Positions 20,942-31,127 of a stretch of DNA of 64,000 nucleotides are shown in pieces (the first letter of the stretch is position 1; the number at the start of each line of letters is the position of its first letter). The stretch is from NCBI GenBank assembly GCA_963733295.1, contig CAVTCS010000003.1:64001-128000 (forward strand), in the 5' to 3' direction. Both the position numbers and the translations under genes were made by a program. The DNA is from Vulcanimicrobiota bacterium (lineage in GTDB: Bacteria; Vulcanimicrobiota; Vulcanimicrobiia; Vulcanimicrobiales; Vulcanimicrobiaceae). The notes below the pieces were generated by a model, which did not search any database, was not told the origin of the DNA, and saw nothing but the letters and a program-made list of their open reading frames with translations.

Positions 20942-21798
20942 GACCGTCGACATTTTCAATCGTTGCAGCAGATCCCGCGCGGGGCGAACTCGGCATCGCC
21001 GTTCAATCGAAGTTCCTTGCCGTGGGGAGCGCCGTACCTTGGATAGAGAGCGGCGCCGGCGCGATTGCGACGCAAGCTTGGGCGAACACGGCCTTCGGTC
21101 CGCTCGGACTCGCGCGCTTGCGCGAGGGCGCTTCGCCGGCGCAGGTGCGCGACGCGCTGATCGCCGGCGACGAACAGTCGGCAGATCGTCAATTCGGCAT
21201 CGTCGATGCGCGCGGGCGTTCGACGAGCTTTACCGGCGAACGCTGCATTCCGTGGGCGAGCGGAATTGCGGGCGAGAACTTCGCGGCTCAGGGCAATTGC
21301 CTCGCCGGCCAGAGCGTCGTTGAGGCGCTAGCCGATACGTTCCGCGGAACGCCGGGCGCGCTCGCGGACCGCCTGACGGCCGCTCTCGTCGCGGCGCAAC
21401 GCGAAGGCGGCGACAAGCGCGGACAGCAGAGTGCGGCGCTCGTCATCTCCAAGCCCGGCGGCGGCTATGGCGGCTTCAACGATCGTTACGTCGACTTGCG
21501 CGTCGACGATCATCCCGCGCCGATCGGCGAACTCGCGCGCCTGCTCGAGTTGCACAAGCTCTACAACTTCCCGGCCTCGGCCGAAGACGTGTTGAAGGTC
21601 GACGCCGCACTCGGTAAGGAAATCGTCGCCGAATTACGCCGCGCTGGTGCGTACAAGGGAACGAGCGACGTCTTCGACGAGGGCGCGCGTGAGGCGTTGG
21701 TTGCGTTCATGCACGTCGAGAATCTCGAGAACCGCGTTCGCGGCGACGGCGCGATCGATCGTCAAACGCTCGGCTACCTTCGCGCCTTCGGGCGTTAG
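20938..21798 (+). CDS. DUF1028 family protein (Ntn-hydrolase-like) with C-terminal peptidoglycan-binding-like domain
   Basis: N-terminal TFSIVA, VQSKFLAVG, AQGN, GGDKRGQQSAAL, DLRVDDH. Confidence 0.88.
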   Translation: MRPSTFSIVAADPARGELGIAVQSKFLAVGSAVPWIESGAGAIATQAWANTAFGPLGLARLREGASPAQVRDALIAGDEQSADRQFGIVDARGRSTSFTGERCIPWASGIAGENFAAQGNCLAGQSVVEALADTFRGTPGALADRLTAALVAAQREGGDKRGQQSAALVISKPGGGYGGFNDRYVDLRVDDHPAPIGELARLLELHKLYNFPASAEDVLKVDAALGKEIVAELRRAGAYKGTSDVFDEGAREALVAFMHVENLENRVRGDGAIDRQTLGYLRAFGR

Positions 21799-23438
21799 AT
21801 CGACCAGGTCCAGACGTTCCAATTCTCGACGATGCCGTTGGGACGGAACCCCGCAAGATCGGTGTTCACGGCCTCGATCTGACGGGGCCACCAGAGATAG
21901 ACGAACGGGGCGTCGATCGCGAGAAGGTTTTCGATCGTCGTGTAGTCGGCTTTGCGACGCGAGACCTCGTAGTGGCTCAGCGCGTCGCGTTGAGCCACAT
22001 CCATCTTCGGGTTGCAGTAGCGCGACCAGTTGAAGCCGCGGGGCGGGAACTGATCGCACATGAGTTGCGTCGAGTTGTCCGGGTCGACCCCGGCATACCA
22101 GGTCTGCAAACCGGCGTCGTACTTTCCGTCGGCCAGAATGCCCGATCCGGGCGGACCGTACAGAAGGGCAGTCGTGTAGCCCTTGAGCGCGACCTCGAAG
22201 CCGGCGTCGCGCAGCATCGAAGCGATGAGCACGCCACGGTTGCGGTCGGTGATGCTGTCGGTGCGAAAAGCGAGCCCGACGTTCAGAGGCTTGCCGCCCT
22301 TGACGCGGATGCCGCCTGGTCCCGGACGCCAGCCGGCTTCGTCGAGCAGCGCTTCCGCTTTCGGTAAATCTCGAGTTCGGGTGCCCGCATGCGGATCTGC
22401 GGCCCACATGAAGTCCGGCAAGTCCTCACCGGCGGGGAGCGTCGTTCCGTACGTCACGTCGTGCGAGAGCACCGGCTTATCGATCGCGAGTCCGACCGCA
22501 CGCCGCACGCGCGCATCGTCGAAAGGCGGATGCGTTGTGTTGAAGATGATCGCATCGTTCGCGTTCGTCGGGACGAGCCGGATGCTGTAGCCGGGAATCT
22601 TGCTGATCTGGGGGAAGACGCGCGGCGTCGCTTGGGCGAACCAATCGACCTCGTGCGCGCGCATTTCGTCCACGATCGTGTTTTCGTCGGGGACGATTCG
22701 TACGACGATATGCCGGAGCTTCGGTTTCCCGAGGAAATAGTCGTCATTGGCGACGTACTCGATGCGATCTCCGCGCAGCCAGCGCACGACTTTGAACGGG
22801 CCGGTTCCAACGGGTAGGGAGTTGAACGGAATTCTGTTCAGGTCGTGGTAGCGCTCGAGCAGGTGGGCGGGTACGATAAAATACGGCGAGTCGCTGTGCG
22901 CGAAAAACGTGTGGACCGCAGGCGAGAAAGGTCGCTTCAAGCGGAAGACTGCGGTGTAGGGATCGGGAGTATCGACGCGTGCGATCTGGTCGTACCCATG
23001 GCGTGTGGCGACGAGCGTGTCGGGGTTCATGATCGCGCGATACGTGAACTGAACGTCGTGGCTCGTGAAGGGCGCGCCGTCCTGCCACTTTACGCCGTGA
23101 CGCAAGTGATAGGTGATCGTGAGGCCGTCGCGGCTGATGCCGCCGTTCTCGAGCGTCGGTACGACTGCGGCCAGAATCGGGACGTCGTGACCCTGGGGAT
23201 CGGTCGCGATCAGGGGGTCCATTGCAAAGCCGATGACCATCACCTCGATCTGCTGCGTACCGAGGAGCGGGTTGAGGGTGTTCGGGGCGCCGCTGATGGC
23301 GACGCGCAAGGTCCCGGGAATCGTCCAGGGGTTCCGGCTCGCGCCGGCACCTCCGCCCGCGATACGCGTGCAGGCGCCGCCCAAGAGCGCGGTGAGGATG
23401 ACGAGCGTGACGCCGGCGGCGCGGCGGAGATGGTGCAT
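21795..23438 (-). CDS. Peptide/nickel ABC transporter substrate-binding lipoprotein (SBP family 5)
   Basis: Lipobox LGGAC, TITYHLRHGVKWQDG.PFTS.DV.FT, GTGPF; ATG 23438 with GGAGG RBS. Confidence 0.9.
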   Translation of the reverse strand: MHHLRRAAGVTLVILTALLGGACTRIAGGGAGASRNPWTIPGTLRVAISGAPNTLNPLLGTQQIEVMVIGFAMDPLIATDPQGHDVPILAAVVPTLENGGISRDGLTITYHLRHGVKWQDGAPFTSHDVQFTYRAIMNPDTLVATRHGYDQIARVDTPDPYTAVFRLKRPFSPAVHTFFAHSDSPYFIVPAHLLERYHDLNRIPFNSLPVGTGPFKVVRWLRGDRIEYVANDDYFLGKPKLRHIVVRIVPDENTIVDEMRAHEVDWFAQATPRVFPQISKIPGYSIRLVPTNANDAIIFNTTHPPFDDARVRRAVGLAIDKPVLSHDVTYGTTLPAGEDLPDFMWAADPHAGTRTRDLPKAEALLDEAGWRPGPGGIRVKGGKPLNVGLAFRTDSITDRNRGVLIASMLRDAGFEVALKGYTTALLYGPPGSGILADGKYDAGLQTWYAGVDPDNSTQLMCDQFPPRGFNWSRYCNPKMDVAQRDALSHYEVSRRKADYTTIENLLAIDAPFVYLWWPRQIEAVNTDLAGFRPNGIVENWNVWTWSI

Positions 23439-23454
23439 GCCTCCGCCCTTTCGC

Positions 23455-23545
23455 GCAACGCCTGGGGCATTCCCGAGAACTGTGCGCTGGTGCAGCAGAG
23501 GTTGGCGTCCTCGCCGCTGAAAGCGGAACCCTAACATCGTCCGAG
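23455..23545 (-). promoter_or_regulatory. Possible ykkC-like (guanidine-I/ppGpp/PRPP class) riboswitch variant in the SBP leader
   Basis: TAGGGTTCCG (23533-23524), CCGCT-TTC-AGCGG hairpin, CGAG, and GGGAATGCCCCAGGCG just before the RBS; some consensus elements are missing. Confidence 0.35.
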
Positions 23546-23593
23546 CGTCGGCCGAATTGCAAGGATGCGGCCGAGGATCAATATGGAGAAACC

Positions 23594-24397
23594 GTGCAGC
23601 TTCTCAACAAGGTAGCGATATTTTCGTTTGCGTGTCTTTTTCTCGCCGCGTGCAGCGGGGGCGGTTCCGCGACGCCGAACCTCACCAAGACGGCGAATAC
23701 GAACGTTCCGGGGTACCTGCCGTTCGGGTCCGGCGATGAGTGGACGTTTTCGACCGGCGCAACGATCACCGACAAAGGTTCCTCGATTCTCAGCGGCTGC
23801 GCTTGCGGGCTCGACGGCGGCACGACGGTCGAGCGCATGGATCTCGCTACCTCGAGCGGCAGCTATGTCGGCTCACTTATCTACGCGAAGGGCACGTGGG
23901 CGCTGGCACCCTACGCGGGCCATGCCCTGACCTATCTCGTCGGACTCTCAGAGGATGAGGGAACCACGGTCGCACCATTTTTCTACAGCGCCGATCTGAC
24001 CGTTCCGGGAGTTCCCGCGATCGACGATGCCCCCGTCGCGAACGAAGCGTTCACCCTCCCGCCGCCCTCCGGTACCGGCAACGGTTCGATGACGATCACG
24101 TCGGTCGGGGGCACGCAAACGCTCGGTGCTGAAAATATTATCAAGGTGGCCGCCACGACGCTCACCGGGGACGGCAGCACCACCAACTTCAACTACGCGC
24201 CCGGGGTCGGGTTCACGTATGTCGTGCTCGCTAGTGGACCGATGACGCTTTCGTCGTTCTCTCTTGCGGGCGCTTCGGCTGCATCGATCGCACGAAGCGC
24301 GACGCCTGCCACCCTGCGGACATCGCGTCTGAACAACGCTCACGCGAACAATCTCACCTTGGCCGCGATGCTCGAAGCCTGGGCGACTTCGCGTTAG
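23594..24397 (+). CDS. Hypothetical lipoprotein
   Basis: Lipobox FLAAC followed by SGGGS; Thr/Gly-rich beta-type sequence; GGAGA RBS. Confidence 0.7.
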   Translation: MQLLNKVAIFSFACLFLAACSGGGSATPNLTKTANTNVPGYLPFGSGDEWTFSTGATITDKGSSILSGCACGLDGGTTVERMDLATSSGSYVGSLIYAKGTWALAPYAGHALTYLVGLSEDEGTTVAPFFYSADLTVPGVPAIDDAPVANEAFTLPPPSGTGNGSMTITSVGGTQTLGAENIIKVAATTLTGDGSTTNFNYAPGVGFTYVVLASGPMTLSSFSLAGASAASIARSATPATLRTSRLNNAHANNLTLAAMLEAWATSR

Positions 24398-24531
24398 GCT
24401 CTCGGCGATTCCAAAAGCTTCAGCGTGAGGCGGTCCGGTTCTCCCTCGAAGTACTTCTCGAGCGCGGTGCTAAAGAGCGGTTCTCCGGGCGCGACGTGAG
24501 CGAAAAGCGTCATCGACGAACGGAATTTTAC
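24394..24531 (-). pseudogene. C-terminal fragment of a DUF1810 family gene
   Basis: Translates VKFRSSMTLFAHVAPGEPLFSTALEKYFEGEPDRLTLKLL*, the typical DUF1810 C-terminus; the N-terminal half is at 32428-32798. Confidence 0.8.
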
Positions 24532-24800
24532 ACATGGGGCGTCGTCGACGATGCAGAAGCTAATTTTGACGCGACGAACACACCTGCCAGGGTCGAAGAA
24601 CTCTGGTCCTGGTTCTGGAGCGAGTTCATGACGCGTGGCACGCCGGACGCACGCACTATTGTTATCGGAAGTCCGTGGTCGCTCGGTTCGCTCGTTGTGA
24701 AAACTGCAGAAGAAGACCCAGTTTCAAAGTTGTGTGCCTGCCCGCATTTGTATGACGGCAAAGAAGTCGATCCGGCGGCCAGAACCGAGGTCGGTTTCGC
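24532..24800 (+). pseudogene. Fragment resembling the ATPase region of a phage terminase large subunit
   Basis: GVVDDAEANFDATNTPARVEELWSWFWSEFMTRGTPDARTIVIGSPW matches the TerL Walker-B-onward pattern (hhDDP...W.W....TR......I.I.T.W). Confidence 0.5.
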
Positions 24801-25770
24801 CCTGAGCAGCTCGAAGCCGAGAACGCGCAGATGAAACGCATCATTGCCCGCAAGGAGCTCGAGCTCGACGCCATGCGAGACCTGACCGAAAAAAAACGGC
24901 TGGGGCCCTCGAAGCGCAAAGACGCGGTGAGGGCACTCAGAGAACGGGGCATTTCGCAGCGAGCCGCTTGTCACGTGATCGGCATCTCGGAACGCGCGAT
25001 GCAATATCGCCACCGCCGCTTTGATGATCCCGCATTACTTGAGTGGCTCAAGGCCTTAGCCGCCGAACGGCTGCGCTGGGGTTGGCGTCGGCTCCTGATT
25101 ATCGTGCAGCGAGAAGGCTGGACGATTAGCGAACGCGCTTTCCGGCGGATCTACTGCACCCTAGGGCTTCACATGATGCGAACGCGAAAGCGTCACGTCC
25201 GCTACGTCCGCGGCAACGCTATTGACCCCGTCAGCGCGCCGAACCAACGTTGGTCGCTCGACTTCATGCATGCGCGCCTCATGCACGGGCGCGCCTACCG
25301 ACTGCTCAACGTCATCGACGATTTTACCGGCGAGACGCTCGCCATCGAGTCGGCCTTCTCGTTCGGAAGTGCCGATGTCATCCGTGTTCTCGAAAACATC
25401 CCCTACGAACGCACCCTCCCGAGGACTCTGCGCTCCGACGATGGCTCAAGAGTTCTGCAGTCATCGATGCTGCGCTGGAGCGCAGATCGCAATCTTCAAT
25501 GGCATTTCATCCGGCCTGGAAAGCCAACGCAGAACGCCAAGATCGAATCGCCCAACGGGCCGCTTACGCGATGAGCTCATTAACCCGCATCTGTTCGGTT
25601 CGATAGCCGAGGTTCGTGCCGCCGCAGACCTGGCGCGTCGACTACAACAACGTTGGGCCTCACTCGGCGCTCGGCTATCAGACGCCGCGGGAATTCGCGG
25701 CGCACTTTCAAACTACCCAACCCTCACAGTTATCGGCAACGCGGAGAATGCCCTCGGGCCACACCTGCAA
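24800..25770 (+). mobile_element. IS3-family (IS407/IS150-like) element remnant, 5'-truncated and frameshifted
   Basis: OrfA tail LEAENAQMKRIIA..ELE, A8 run at ~24889, OrfB WSLDF, LNVIDDFT, SDDG, PGKPTQNAKIES, YNN..PHSALGYQTP; frameshifts near 25450 and 25560-25620; ends approximate. Confidence 0.85.
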
Positions 25771-25799
25771 AGCGATAAGGCCATTTCAACTTCCAGCCG

Positions 25800-26315
25800 T
25801 TAGCGTAGGGTAAGCGTTATCACATTTGACAGCGCGGATAAATCCTCGTTTGTCGCGTTAATGGTTGCTGCGAGACGCGAGCTACTAGGTATGGCACGGA
25901 CGGTGTACGTTCCGGCCGGCAGATTGGGATATCCCCATGTAGCCAATTCGACGCCGTGTTGCGCATCATCGAAGGAGCCGTTGTAGCTCTCCCCGGGTTT
26001 GAGATAGTAGAGGCCTGGACTCCGGACGGCATCGTTTTGCAAGCATCCGATCTTTTGATCTTGCGGCACAACTGTGCCGTGCGCATCTGTAACGATCAAG
26101 TCAGTTAACCGACACAGAGAACCCACTCCGAAGCTGATCTCTTTCGAAGAAGTGTTGGTTATCGAGACAAAAATGCGAGTTGACGCGGCCGATTGGTTCG
26201 GCGCAGCACTCAGCGTAAACTTCATCCAGAAGTCCGCAAGAACTGGAGCTGCTAACGAAAGCACGAGCGTTAGTGCTAGCGCCAGCGACGTGGAGGCTTG
26301 ATTTATCGATTTCAT
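25800..26315 (-). CDS. Small secreted hypothetical protein (Ig-like beta-sandwich predicted)
   Basis: Signal peptide ending in AxA-like site; ITNTSSKEI, LKPGES, LPAGTYTVRA. Confidence 0.65.
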   Translation of the reverse strand: MKSINQASTSLALALTLVLSLAAPVLADFWMKFTLSAAPNQSAASTRIFVSITNTSSKEISFGVGSLCRLTDLIVTDAHGTVVPQDQKIGCLQNDAVRSPGLYYLKPGESYNGSFDDAQHGVELATWGYPNLPAGTYTVRAIPSSSRLAATINATNEDLSALSNVITLTLR

Positions 26316-26365
26316 CGAGTTAGCGTTCAGTCCTTGTCGACCCGACGCGATTCGGCGTCGGTCAC

Positions 26366-28065
26366 TCAGAGAGGGGCCTTTGTTGGCCTAGCGGACGGAG
26401 TGGGTCTAGAGGTTGGGTAGGCGGTCGGAGGAGCAGTCGGACATGTATCGGGTTGCGGGGTGTACACCGCGCTCCATGTCGGAACGCTTGTCGAGGCCGC
26501 TGCTACGAACTTCGGCAGCGCGGGGACGGAAGTCTGCAACACCCAGCCGGGGCTGCTCGGCGGATTAGGCGAGGCGACGGCAGTACGCAGGGCGGTTCCA
26601 CTCCAGGTATATACGGGTGTCTTAGCCAGCGGCACCCATGTCGTAGGAGGGCCAAACGGGCGGTATAGCAGGAAGTCCTGAAAAGACTTGGTGGTTGAAA
26701 CCGTCGCGTTCGGCGCGGACGTCGCCGTCCCTGACAACTGACTCGCAGGTGCGTCGTTGGCATCGAACATGTTATCTCCGGGATACACCGTCTGTAGGTC
26801 ACAAAAGACGTCCGTATCCAGTTCTTGTCCAATCGTCGACGTGAAGGGCCACGGACTCGGAACGTGCACGGCGGTCGTTGTGTTAGCAATTAACTGGACC
26901 TGAACAACATAGCCGCCATTTGACTGTGGCGGCACAGTAATTGTGCTTCGAGTCTTCATGCCGGCGGTCGCGGGGTAATTGAGCTGGCTTCCGACTGATA
27001 GCGCTTCAATCGCGCCGGGGCTGTTCGTATAAATTGCGACGACCGGTGGAAGGACGACCGTGTTGGACGATACAGTCGGTCCGAACACAACGAAATCAGC
27101 TGCCACCGATTGTTTATAGTTCTGCGAGCCATTAAACAGCGTCGCGTTGGCAAGGACGGAGTAAAAGTTACCGAGAGGAGCGCCTACGCTCGAAAACGGC
27201 CAATAGAATGTCGCTGGGTTTGCGAACGTGCCCGAATTGTTCAGTGTTGACAGCACAGGCAGGCTTCCATTGAGCGTATACGATGCCCAGATCGTGCCGT
27301 CAATTCTCCAGTAAGTCGTCCCAGAAACGAGCATCCATCCGCTATATCCGGGCTGTATTCGCGTGGAAAGCACAACCTGAGTCCCAACTTCGACGCTCGG
27401 GTATGGCGCCGGAACGCTCACGACCACGCTCGACGCCGGACTAGCAATTGTTTGAACGATCTGCAGCGGAGGAACCATCACAGAGGCCACAGGCGTGGGC
27501 GAGGCTCCCGACACCGGGCCGGTAAAGTACCAGTATTGCCATAAGGGACCCGATGAGCTGCCCGAGCCGCCGTTAACGCCATTGAGTCCAATACCGCCGT
27601 CCGCTTCGGGGTTGGCTGTTTCGCCTGAATAGGCCGTGAACGTCACTGTTGTTGTGGCCGCGAACGGGCAACCTTTTACGGTGTAGGTTGGGGGTGAAAA
27701 GGTGATCGTGTATATGGTCGGGTGGTCTTGCCTCCTATCCAGGTTCCTTTCTGCCCGACCTGACATGCGCTGCCACTGTTAAAGTAACCCGTAAACGTCG
27801 CACTTTGCCCAGTACTGAGCACCATGCATTCGGTATACAACGGCGTGCACGCAGGCATCGGAGTTGGTGGAAGCTCGGGAAGAAGTTTGTTCGTGGTGCT
27901 GGCGCGTAGCGCATTTGCCTGGGCGTCGTCGGTCAGGCCCTTCTGGGAGAGGGCGGAAGCCGGCCTCGGGGAGGATGCGCCCGGAGATTCAATTCCCGAA
28001 CACGCCGTGATCGCGACGGTGCTCGCAAAGAGCAGAATCCATACGATAGGAAGATGGTCGCGCAC
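26366..28065 (-). pseudogene. Large hypothetical lipoprotein with one apparent frameshift near 27730
   Basis: GTG 28065 with AAAGGT RBS and lipobox ITAC in ORF 27676..28158, continuing in ORF 26366..27766. Confidence 0.6.
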
Positions 28066-28089
28066 TTCTACACCTTTGTGATGATTTTT

Positions 28090-30950
28090 GGCTTGTCGGT
28101 CAGGCAGAGTAGCGGATTCTTCAGCGCGGCAACGATACGATTGGTGGCCGCAGTGCATGCGGGAGATGCCCAGACGGGCTCACTAGGTTGGACTATTTGC
28201 GGCGCCGCGTCTACGCGGTAGGACAGCGACTCGGGCTCGCGGTAAGACCGTCGCAAGACGGACGGATGTGTCACCGTAGGGACGCGCTACGATGCGATAC
28301 TCGAAAGAGATCGTGCTGTGCCGCTCATCAATTCCCGAACCACGAAGCCGTTTGCTGAGCGCTCCGCCACGAAGAGTCCATGGCAGTCGCCTGTAGGAGT
28401 GATGAACACCAAGTATGATCTACTGCTATCGATCGTCGACGCGAACGAACGATCAAGAGAAACCTCGCTTGACCATTGACAACTGCGCTTCCCCAAAGTC
28501 TTCCATCATTGGACTACTCTCGCGCGCGTGATACGTCCGCAGTGCAGGAGCGTTCGCACTCTGCGCACAGCGGGACAGAGGTCGATATCGGCGTAGCAGT
28601 CGCTGTTCGGATTCGTTTCGGGAAAGTTAACGCGATTTTGATAGACCAACCCGTAGACATATAAATCGCCACTGACTTGTACGTCGCTGCGGAAATTTTC
28701 AGTACGCTTGAGTACACGTAAGTGTTGAGTTTAGTGTGTTAAGCGACTGGTAGACGATTCGGCAGGTAGATTGATATACGATGCAACGGGTAGCTGGCGG
28801 CTTTTGGTTTGCGCGTACGAAGCGCTCAGGATGCGCGGTGTAGGCAGCGTAGAGAATGCTTGCGCGCTCAGAGAGCGACGGCGCGGCGAAGTGAACGTCA
28901 GCTGGAGCGAGAAGCGCGAGCGCGCTGTGGCGATGTTGCGTGTTATACATTAGACGAACGCGCGGCAGAACGCTAGTGCTCTGCGATATTGGAAAACGTC
29001 GCGGGAAATTACGGCTGGTACTTGGCAGTTTTGAAGAACGATTAGATGTGCGGGTTGTCATCGGAAACATGCGGGCGGGAATGGCTCTTGGTTACACGAG
29101 ATCGGCGAGCAAGAACGCGACTGGTTTAGAAGTCATCGAGCTACGCGATCTGCATGTACGGTGAGCTTCTTGGGATCTACGCATTCTTCTTGATCGTTTC
29201 GGAGAGCAACATGCGTGCAACGCGGAGCTCTCACGATCGGCGACATCCAGCGACGACGTAGCGACTATAGATGTAGACGATGACGTAGAGGTAAAAATAC
29301 GTCACTTCTGCGGACATGCAATTTGGTGATATCCAGGCAAAAACCTCGCGCGGCGCGGTTGCGCACAATTCCGGCTTCACGTGCGCAGGACGCGTGGCTT
29401 GATCGCGTCGCTCGCGACTTCCCGGAGCGGTGAAGAACAGATACATCGTGGACAGCGAGCAATGATAGACGCTTCGTCAAGAGCGTGCGTAAATATAGGG
29501 CACGCTGCGATAGATGAATCGATGCTGGTGAACGCGTCAAGACGTTCGTTCTCTCGGGTGTCAGAGCTAACGATGATCCGCGCGGGCGCGTTTCTCGCGT
29601 CGTTCAGTGCGCTCGACCAGCGTTCTTGATAACGCGCTGCTGTCGAGAAGAGCGCGGCACGAGTTGGTGACGTCGTGAAAGCTCGCGCGGGAATGCCATC
29701 TGCTCGCACGCTTGGCGTTCGCAACCTCAACGGCAAGATTCACTACGACTTGTTCACGGCGGCAATCCATCTGATCCGCGCTCTCGCGACTACAGCACGC
29801 AAGAGCGCGTAGGCTTTTGGACAGCGATAATCGTTCCGCTTTAGCTAAGCGTAGCTGCAGACGCTCGTTTCTTTGCGCAGCGCGTGTTCTCAACAGCGTT
29901 GGGATCGGGCTTACGACGCGTTTCGCTCCAGCGGCGCGCGCAGCGAGCTGCTTTCGCAACCAGCGATATGCGATGAATAAATCCGTTCGCGGCGGCAAAG
30001 TGCGCTCGCCACGGAGGACGCTTGCTCATACTCTTCGAGAATCCGCGCTTATCAGCTGCGGAGAATCGGCGGCGCGAAGCTTGGCTGGTACTCGGGATCC
30101 GAAATCGTGCCTTGGATTGCATGCGTGAAACCTTACGCCTCAGTAATTAAGTCGGGTAGGTGGTCTCACGCTATACTGAAACAGAGGGCTGCGCTACTGC
30201 AGCATCGCGCTCGCGTCTGCAGTGCGGCTTGGACAATAAACGTCTCCTCCGCACCAGCGTTGTAGCGCAATGAGGTCCGTCAGCGATGCCTCGGACGCAG
30301 AAAGTGCGGGTGCGACGCGCTCCTGAACGGCCTGCGAATATGCGGCCTCTCCTGTTGAGACGCAAGAGTCGCCTGACCGCCGTGGAGGCTTGCGAAGCGA
30401 AATAGCCTCCGTTTCCAGCGTACCTGTCGCGAGACCTAGACTCCCGCTCCGGTCGCAGTGCTACGATGACGCATATCCTGCGCCGAGGTCGACTGACCAC
30501 GCGCGATGCCGGGAAGTAGTGTTGAGGCCGTAGATAGACGCATACGACGCGGTGCGTTCAGTCCGTAAATGCCATTGCCGTTTTGCGAAAATCCGTAGGT
30601 GCCGGCGACATTTCCAGTACCTGAAATCGTAGCGCTAGAGTAACCACGACGCCGACTGAGTTAATGCCGACAACGTATCCGGTGACGCCGTTCATTCCAG
30701 TGCCATAGAATTTGAGGCGTAGCCATACACGGCGTCCGCCGCACTTGTGTTTGTGGTACTACCTTGATCGCGTACGTATCGGAGCTGTCCGTAACGAGGA
30801 ATGGTCCGGTCGTGGATGTTGCGGCGCGACCTCCGAATGGGAGGTGTTGGCGCCCGTTTGTTGCGAGCGCTGGACCAATCACGGCAAACGCTAGTACTCC
30901 CAGTCCGACTAAGAGCGCCGGAAATAGGAGGGCCTGGTAAATCCTGCGCA
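28090..30950 (-). pseudogene. Disrupted secreted protein gene (Gly-rich repeats plus C-terminal 'DFGEAQL...YLVFITP.GDC.GL...GFVVRE...YRIVA' domain), interrupted by an IS
   Basis: N-terminus MRRIYQALLFPALL... at ~30950; GTYG/GIYG-type repeats at 30400-30650; C-terminal domain fragments at 28230-28510; many frameshifts; ends approximate. Confidence 0.55.
28709..30168 (-). mobile_element. IS3-family insertion sequence, heavily frameshifted, with 4-bp target-site duplication CGCT
   Basis: Ends TGAG...CTCA; CGCT at 28705-28708 and 30169-30172; fragments RRRFSAADK, KPELCATAP, WDITKL, YLYVIV.IYSRYVV, HSRPHVSDDNP, YNTQHRHSAL. Confidence 0.85.
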
Positions 30951-31127
30951 TGGCAAGCTCCTCGGTAAGCAGTAAGGCAGATGCTATCAAGTTCAGCTAG
31001 TACCGCATACGGTCGCTTTGCTGCTCGCCTACGACGAACTACCTAAGGACGCTATGACTTCGGAGCAGATTCTTGGGCGGAGCAGCGTTTAAGTGCTCGA
31101 GGAATTCGGGTTTGGGATAGTGTCCGT

